In this document: piece by piece, positions 58,499 through 64,000 of the stretch
How the letters are laid out: the number at the start of each line of letters is the position of its first letter
Numbering within the stretch: position 1 is the first letter of the stretch
Source of the DNA: Candidatus Latescibacterota bacterium
GTDB taxonomy: Bacteria > Latescibacterota > UBA2968 > GCA-2709665
Assembly (NCBI GenBank): GCA_965248435.1
Contig: OZ252100.1
Coordinates: 3,264,001 to 3,328,000 of the forward strand
DNA: 64,000 bases
Reading direction: 5' to 3'
The notes under the pieces: generated by a model
What the model was told of the DNA's origin: nothing
What the model saw: the letters and a program-made list of their open reading frames with translations, nothing else
The model's database searches: none
Translations under genes and position numbers: made by a program

Positions 58499-59551
58499 CC
58501 GAGTTCAATAAGGAAGTGCAACACTTAGGGTAGCAACTGTCCTATCCTAAGTGTATGGGAAACAATTACAAGCATCTTACGATAGACGAACGCGAGCAGA
58601 TTGCGCTTTGTCGAGCCACTGGTGCAAGCCTTAGAGATATTGCCAAGGCCCTTGACCGGAGCGCCAGCACGATTTCAAGAGAGTTGAAACGTAATCCGTC
58701 CCCGATAGCTGAGAGTTACTCGGGCCTCCAGGCTCACAGAAGGGCTGAGAAACGTAAGCGGGAGGCCGGCAAGCGGAAACGGCTGAAGAATCCGGTTATC
58801 CGGCGATATGTCGAGACCAAACTCAAGCAAGGATGGTCTCCCGAGTTGATCGCTGGGAGGCTTCCCGAGGAGCGTCCGAGCGCGGGTATCAGCCACGAAG
58901 CCATCTACCAGTATATCTACGATCCAAAGGTGCACAAGCAGCGGGATCTGGTTGCTTGCTTATCCCGAGCTCACAAAAAACGAAAGCCGCGGTGGCATAC
59001 CCGAAAACACCGGGAAAGCCACATTCCAGGCCGTATTTCGATCGATCGACGTCCCCGTTACATCGAAAAACGGAAACAACCTGGCCACTGGGAATCCGAC
59101 ACCATCATCTCTCGTGAGAGCAAACAGGCCGTTGGCGCTTGTCTTGAGCGATCGTCGAGATACCTACACCTGGCTAAGCTGGCAAAGAACGGACCCTCGG
59201 AGGTCGCCGAAGCGATTAATCGACGCCTTGGGCGACATCCTCCCCACATGAGGAAGAGCATCACATATGACAACGGATCCGAAAACGGCCAACATCAACG
59301 GGTCAACGAGGTGCTTGGCACCAAATCCTATTTCTGCAAACCGTTCCACAGCTGGGAGCGAGGCGCTGTGGAAAACGCTATCGGTCTGGTCCGCAGATAC
59401 CTCCCCAAGAAGACAGACTTCTCAAAGGTCAGCAAACACGAGTTAAAGAAAATTCAGAACCGGATCAACAACCGACCAAGAAAATGTCTTAACTTCAAAA
59501 CACCAGCTGAAGTCTTCAAGTCCAAGTGTTGCACTTAGTCATTGAATCCAG
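58499..59551 (+). mobile_element. IS30-family insertion sequence
   Basis: imperfect 28-bp terminal inverted repeats at 58499-58526 and 59524-59551 sharing TTCAAT...AAGTGCAACACTT; single transposase. Confidence 0.9.
58555..59538 (+). CDS. IS30-family DDE transposase
   Basis: HTH (RSASTISRELKRN), WSPELIAGRL, HWESDT, TYDNGSE, WERGAVEN, NNRPRKCL. Confidence 0.96.
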   Translation: MGNNYKHLTIDEREQIALCRATGASLRDIAKALDRSASTISRELKRNPSPIAESYSGLQAHRRAEKRKREAGKRKRLKNPVIRRYVETKLKQGWSPELIAGRLPEERPSAGISHEAIYQYIYDPKVHKQRDLVACLSRAHKKRKPRWHTRKHRESHIPGRISIDRRPRYIEKRKQPGHWESDTIISRESKQAVGACLERSSRYLHLAKLAKNGPSEVAEAINRRLGRHPPHMRKSITYDNGSENGQHQRVNEVLGTKSYFCKPFHSWERGAVENAIGLVRRYLPKKTDFSKVSKHELKKIQNRINNRPRKCLNFKTPAEVFKSKCCT

Positions 59552-59810
59552 CGAAATGATTCAGCGACTAGCGCGCCCTTGAGGTCCCTCGTCGCCCGGT
59601 TACTCTGAGGTTCTGAAGCCATCTCAAGGATCTGAAAGGCTCCACGGGATGACAATCTGGCTGTTCATCTGGTGTGGTATCGTCGATTGATCAATCCGAA
59701 ATCCCAAATCTGCAACTGGAAGGCAGTGTAGAATTCCCTTGAATGACTTTGAGTTCACACTGTATCATGTCAATGTTGCGTCTCACCAGATTGAATGAGG
59801 AAAGGATCGC

Positions 59811-60578
59811 ATGTCTACTTCCCTGGCAGTTCAGATGTTTACGGTGCGGGAGTACATGAAGACCGCACCGGACGCGGTCCGAACCTTCCGGAAGTTGAAG
59901 TCTCAGGGCTGGGAAGCTGTGCAGACGAACCCGCCAGGTTTTTTCGAACCTGAGGCGCTCAAGAGGGTCCTGGCGGACGAAGGGCTCATCCCGTGTGGGA
60001 CACACACAGGTTTCGAACGGGTGCGGGATGAGACGGAGGCGGTGATCGACGAACAGCTGCTTTGGCAGTGCAAATACGTTACGATAAGCTCCATGCCCGT
60101 GGAATACAGCAGCAAAGGCGCTGAGGGATTTCAACGATTTGCCCGGGAGGCCTCAGAAATCGCCCACAGGCTTGAGGACCAGGGCCTGACGCTGTGCTAC
60201 CACAACCACAGCTTTGAATTCGAGCGGTTCGGGGCGAAGCGCGGGCTGGAGATTCTGTTCGAAGAGAGTGGTCCGGACGGTTTACAGTTCGAGATAGACA
60301 CCTACTGGGTACAGCACGGGGGGTGTGACCCGGTCGCGTGGCTTCGAAAGGGGAAGGGTCGTGCCGATCTCGTTCATCTGAAAGACATGGCGATGAGGGG
60401 AAGCGAGCAGTTGTTCGCCGAAGTGGGCGAGGGCAACCTGGACTGGTCAGGGATACTGGACGCGTGCCGAGAGGCGGGAACGAAGTGGCACATCGTCGAG
60501 CAGGACAGGTGCCGGAGGGATCCGTTCGAAAGCCTGGAGATCAGTCTCATGAACCTTCACGCCTTGGGTCTCAAATGA
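59811..60578 (+). CDS. sugar phosphate isomerase/epimerase (AP endonuclease 2 TIM barrel)
   Basis: QMFTVR, YHNHSFEF, EIDTYWV, VHLKD, EVGEG, IVEQD. Confidence 0.9.
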   Translation: MSTSLAVQMFTVREYMKTAPDAVRTFRKLKSQGWEAVQTNPPGFFEPEALKRVLADEGLIPCGTHTGFERVRDETEAVIDEQLLWQCKYVTISSMPVEYSSKGAEGFQRFAREASEIAHRLEDQGLTLCYHNHSFEFERFGAKRGLEILFEESGPDGLQFEIDTYWVQHGGCDPVAWLRKGKGRADLVHLKDMAMRGSEQLFAEVGEGNLDWSGILDACREAGTKWHIVEQDRCRRDPFESLEISLMNLHALGLK

Positions 60579-60752
60579 GCCCAGAGTCGAGAGTCAAGAT
60601 TAATGGGGAAGAGCTGGAGCAATGGTGGAATGAGGAACAAAAGCTGCCAGTGTTGGGGAAATGGAGTATTGGAGTATTGGTAGATCAAGGCCAAGACGCT
60701 GCCGGGTTCTCCCCAATACTCCCTCACTCCAGTACTGCAATACTCCAGAATT
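60579..60752 (+). repeat. GAGTCAA + GGAGTATT/AATACTCC hairpin element, copy 4
   Basis: CAAGGCCAAGA...CCCAATACTCCCTCACTCCAGTACTGCAATACTCCAGAAT closely matches copies 1 and 2. Confidence 0.85.
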
Positions 60753-60814
60753 ACGGAGCTGGCGGCGTGGTAAATACGATAGGTTTGACCACATTCTGAT
60801 TTCGGAGCGTCACT

Positions 60815-62833
60815 GTGAATAGCAAGCCAGTCCACTCTATGCCGTTCGCCGACATCGTCCAATCCAAGGACGACGCAGTCTACAACATCCGAACTCGCGC
60901 ACCGGGACCCGAAGGTCGGCTGCCGCTCACGGAGGATCTCGTGATCGACTCCCCGAGCGGAGACATCTTCGGATACAGCCAGAATACCGGCATGGGCTGG
61001 AATCCGACCAAACTCGGACGGCCCGAGTTTCTCATCCTGAGCACGATGGGCGGCATCCGCGCTCAGGATGGGAGTCCGATTGCCCTGGGATATCACACCG
61101 GACACTGGGAGGTAGGCCTGCTGATGCAGGAGGCCGCCCGTGAGATCACCCGCTCTGGGGGAATCCCGTTCGCGGGTTATTGTTCCGACCCGTGCGACGG
61201 CCGGACGCAGGGCACCTCGGGTATGATGGACAGCCTGCCGTATCGGAATGATGCTGCGATGGTTTTGCGTCGCCTGGTCCGTTCCCTCCCCACACGGAAG
61301 GGTGTGGTGGGGGTCGCGACGTGCGACAAGGGCCTGCCTGCGATGATGATCGCACTGGTTGCGGCGCACGAGTTACCCACGATCATTGTCCCCGGGGGTG
61401 TGACTCTGCCTCCTGAGGATGGAGAAGACGCTGCCAAGATCCAGTCTGTAGGCGCCAGGCTGGCTCACGGTGAGATGACGATCGAAGAGGTGCAGGATCT
61501 GGGATGCCGGGCCTGCGCCAGTCCCGGGGGAGGGTGCCAATTTCTGGGCACCGCAGCCACGTCTCAGGTCGTGGCGGAGGCCCTGGGACTTTCGCTGCCT
61601 CACTCCGCTCTTGCACCTTCTGGAGAAGCGGTCTGGTTCGACATGGCAAAGCGCTCAGGAAGGGCCATTGTATCGCTTCAGGCGGCCGGTCTTACGACAC
61701 GGGAGATCGTGACCGAGGATTCGATACACAACGCCATGGTTACTCACGCTGCGTTTGGTGGCTCTACGAACCTGCTGCTTCACATCCCTGCCATCGCATT
61801 CAGTGCGGGTCTTAGAAGACCCACCGTAGAAGACTGGATCCGGGTCAACCGACAGGTGCCTCGGCTCGTGGATGTCCTCCCCAATGGTCCGGCCTATCAC
61901 CCGACGGTAAGGGCCTTTCTGGCGGGGGGTGTGCCCGAAGTGATGCTTCACCTTCGCCGAATGGACCTGCTCAAAGCTGATGCCATGACCGTTTCGGGCC
62001 GCTCACTCGCCGAAAATCTGGACTGGTGGGCCGGATCTGAAAGTCGAAGCCGTTTTCGGGAGCTTCTTGAAGCGCTTGACGGGGTGGATCCCGGGGACGT
62101 GATCATGGACCCCGACACCGCACGGTCCAGAGGGCTCACGAGCACAGTCTGCTTCCCGACGGGCAACATCGCCCCGGAAGGATCCGTTGTCAAAAGTACC
62201 TCCATCGACCCATCCGTGGTCGACGATGACAGAGTCTATCGGAAGCAGGGTCCTGTTCGTATTTTCACGAGTGAGAAGGCCGCTGTGAATGCGGTGCGGG
62301 ATCCGGGAGCTGGAGGCATCAAACCCGGAGACATCCTGGTCCTCATGGGTCGAGGTCCTATGGGCGCAGGGATGGAAGAGATCGCTCAAATAACTACGGC
62401 CCTTAAGTACCTGGACTTTGGGAAGCACGTTGCCGTGCTGACCGATGCGCGTTTTTCCGGAATCTCGACGGGCGCCTGCATCGGCCATATAGGGCCCGAG
62501 GCTCTGGCTGGCGGACCGATCGGTAAGCTGGATGAAAAAGACATCGTCGAGATCGTCATCGACCAGATGAACCTGATCGGAAGCATCAACCTCATCGGCC
62601 ACGATGGGGAGATGTTCGGAGCGGAGGAAGGTACTCGCGTGCTGAGAGAGAGGCCTTTCCGGAAAGATTTGGGTGCCGATCCGAACTTGCCTGAAGATAC
62701 ACGTCTTTGGGCTGCCCTACAGAATGTGAGTGGGGGGACCTGGGGAGGTTGTGTCTACGATGCTGAACGAATCGTCGAAGCCCTTGCCGCCGGGTCGGGA
62801 CTCGGGAATCATGGGTCGCACGCCGCTGGGTGA
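60815..62833 (+). CDS. yagF: YjhG/YagF family D-xylonate dehydratase
   Basis: [59 protein letters not shown]. Confidence 0.93.
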   Translation: MNSKPVHSMPFADIVQSKDDAVYNIRTRAPGPEGRLPLTEDLVIDSPSGDIFGYSQNTGMGWNPTKLGRPEFLILSTMGGIRAQDGSPIALGYHTGHWEVGLLMQEAAREITRSGGIPFAGYCSDPCDGRTQGTSGMMDSLPYRNDAAMVLRRLVRSLPTRKGVVGVATCDKGLPAMMIALVAAHELPTIIVPGGVTLPPEDGEDAAKIQSVGARLAHGEMTIEEVQDLGCRACASPGGGCQFLGTAATSQVVAEALGLSLPHSALAPSGEAVWFDMAKRSGRAIVSLQAAGLTTREIVTEDSIHNAMVTHAAFGGSTNLLLHIPAIAFSAGLRRPTVEDWIRVNRQVPRLVDVLPNGPAYHPTVRAFLAGGVPEVMLHLRRMDLLKADAMTVSGRSLAENLDWWAGSESRSRFRELLEALDGVDPGDVIMDPDTARSRGLTSTVCFPTGNIAPEGSVVKSTSIDPSVVDDDRVYRKQGPVRIFTSEKAAVNAVRDPGAGGIKPGDILVLMGRGPMGAGMEEIAQITTALKYLDFGKHVAVLTDARFSGISTGACIGHIGPEALAGGPIGKLDEKDIVEIVIDQMNLIGSINLIGHDGEMFGAEEGTRVLRERPFRKDLGADPNLPEDTRLWAALQNVSGGTWGGCVYDAERIVEALAAGSGLGNHGSHAAG

Positions 62834-62851
62834 GGAAGGGTGCCTTTTTTA

Positions 62852-62880
62852 TTGACAAGATTGGGATACGGTCCTACTTT
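62852..62880 (+). promoter_or_regulatory. sigma70-type promoter
   Basis: TTGACA-17-TACTTT. Confidence 0.6.
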
Positions 62881-62901
62881 TGTTGAAGATATAGTCATTT
62901 C

Positions 62902-62947
62902 GGCCTCCGAGGGGCCCCTTGGGAGGGAACCTTCGGAGGCCATTTTT
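62902..62947 (+). terminator. strong hairpin plus T tract just downstream of the promoter (attenuator or small RNA)
   Basis: GGCCTCCGAGG...CTTCGGAGGCC-ATTTTT. Confidence 0.55.
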
Positions 62948-63027
62948 ACAACTGACAGCACCGGTCTGGATGATCCTGCGTTCGTAATGCCTGAACATTT
63001 CGGATTGTTGTGGGGGAGCGGAATCGG

Positions 63028-63606
63028 ATGGCGAACGAAGACCACCTCTCCGCAGTCAGAAAAGGGGCGGACGCCTGGAATAAATGGAGAGAATCGAACC
63101 CGAAGGTTCAGCCAGATCTCAGTGTGGCCGACTTGAGTGGAGCGAATCTATCGTGGGTCGACCTCAGTGCTGCGGACATGGCGTGGGCCAGCCTGAGTGA
63201 CGCCAATCTTTCAGATGCGCGTCTGGCCGAGGCTAACCTGAGTCGAGCAAATTTCAACCGAGCGAACCTCAGGAGGTCGAAGTTCATCAAAGCGAATTTG
63301 AACGGCGCCTTCTTCCACGAAGCGGACGTGGAGGGCGCGGACTTCGGGGAAGCAGACTTGAGCGAAGCGCAGCTCTGCGATGCCAGTTTTAGACTGGTCA
63401 ACCTCAGGCGGGCTACGATGAAAAATACCGATTTCGGGGGGGCGGATCTGCGTGGGGCGAATCTTACTGAGGCGAACCTGCTGGAGGCGCAGCACCTGAG
63501 CCTCCAGCAGATCCTGGCCGTGAAGACACTCTATGGGGCCATCCTGGATGAGGAGTTCAAGGTGCTCGTAATGAACAAGGATCCGGAGCTTTTCCACAGG
63601 CCATAG
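63028..63606 (+). CDS. pentapeptide repeat protein
   Basis: G...WNKWR..NP N-cap, ANL repeats, LxxQQIxxVKTLYGAIL C-cap. Confidence 0.9.
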   Translation: MANEDHLSAVRKGADAWNKWRESNPKVQPDLSVADLSGANLSWVDLSAADMAWASLSDANLSDARLAEANLSRANFNRANLRRSKFIKANLNGAFFHEADVEGADFGEADLSEAQLCDASFRLVNLRRATMKNTDFGGADLRGANLTEANLLEAQHLSLQQILAVKTLYGAILDEEFKVLVMNKDPELFHRP

Positions 63607-63620
63607 CGCGAGATTAAACT

Positions 63621-64000
63621 ATGTCTGACGAGACCTATGTAGAAGGATCTGAAGATTCGGTCGACGTTGTTGTCATCGATGATGACGCCAGCACCCTGAT
63701 GGCGGTGGATGCCATTCTACGCGGTTTCAACGTGATTACCTTCCAGGATCCCGGCATGGCTCTGCAGCATATTGGAAATACGCCTCCCGCGCTGACCATC
63801 GTGGACATCAACATCCCGAACGCCAGCGGTTTCGAAGTTTGCAAGAGACTCAGAGAAAACCCCAAAACAGAGAAAATCCCGATTCTTATGTTCACTTCGG
63901 ATCCCTCCCAGGAAAACGTAAAGAAGGCGGTTGAAATCGGGGTCGACGGGTTTCTGGCAAAGCCGTTCATCCCGCAGGACATGAGACAGAAAGTGCGTCA
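63621..64000 (+). CDS. response regulator receiver protein (truncated at window end)
   Basis: VVVIDDD, IVDINIP..SGFEVC, ILMFTS, FLAKPF; not in the supplied ORF track because it has no stop in the window. Confidence 0.9.
   Translation, partial: MSDETYVEGSEDSVDVVVIDDDASTLMAVDAILRGFNVITFQDPGMALQHIGNTPPALTIVDINIPNASGFEVCKRLRENPKTEKIPILMFTSDPSQENVKKAVEIGVDGFLAKPFIPQDMRQKVR

Noticed and set aside
6866-60752. CRISPR array interpretation of the repeats
   Set aside because: Copies are dispersed or short tandem units without regular unique spacers, and no cas genes are present.
63635-63982. Minus-strand 115-aa ORF
   Set aside because: Antisense shadow of the plus-strand response regulator starting at 63621.

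Overview
A gene-dense, GC-rich (roughly 55-60% by eye) bacterial chromosomal window. The gene content (cytoplasmic BNR and beta-propeller glycosidases, a soluble propeller histidine kinase, a compact transketolase) resembles Candidatus Latescibacterota or related FCB/PVC lineages; this placement is inference only. Housekeeping blocks: uppS-cdsA-dxr-rseP, lhr/dinB/polA, tig-clpP-clpX-engB, purA, moaA, a nitrite/sulfite reductase-hypothetical-ferredoxin-gltB block, and tkt. Accessory content: three tandem glycoside-hydrolase-like paralogues with a sialidase-like gene and an epimerase, a Tat-lipoprotein HDAC-family enzyme, an amidohydrolase-Rieske pair, a xylonate dehydratase, two pentapeptide-repeat genes and one IS30. 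Four observations stand out. (1) A radical SAM gene carries the motif set of tetraether lipid synthase (Tes/GDGT-MAS). (2) Intergenic spacers hold many 7-9 bp micro-tandem arrays, several paired with an inverted array; these include a 4-copy GGAGTAAT hairpin element, a nested stack around the IS30, and a 22-bp mini-repeat also found in frame inside a kinase gene. (3) A 14-blade propeller/Y_Y_Y histidine kinase has no signal peptide or transmembrane helix but has an extra N-terminal domain. (4) Two genes (kdgK-like and EVE) carry frameshifts that may be assembly errors. No rRNA, tRNA or CRISPR array was seen.
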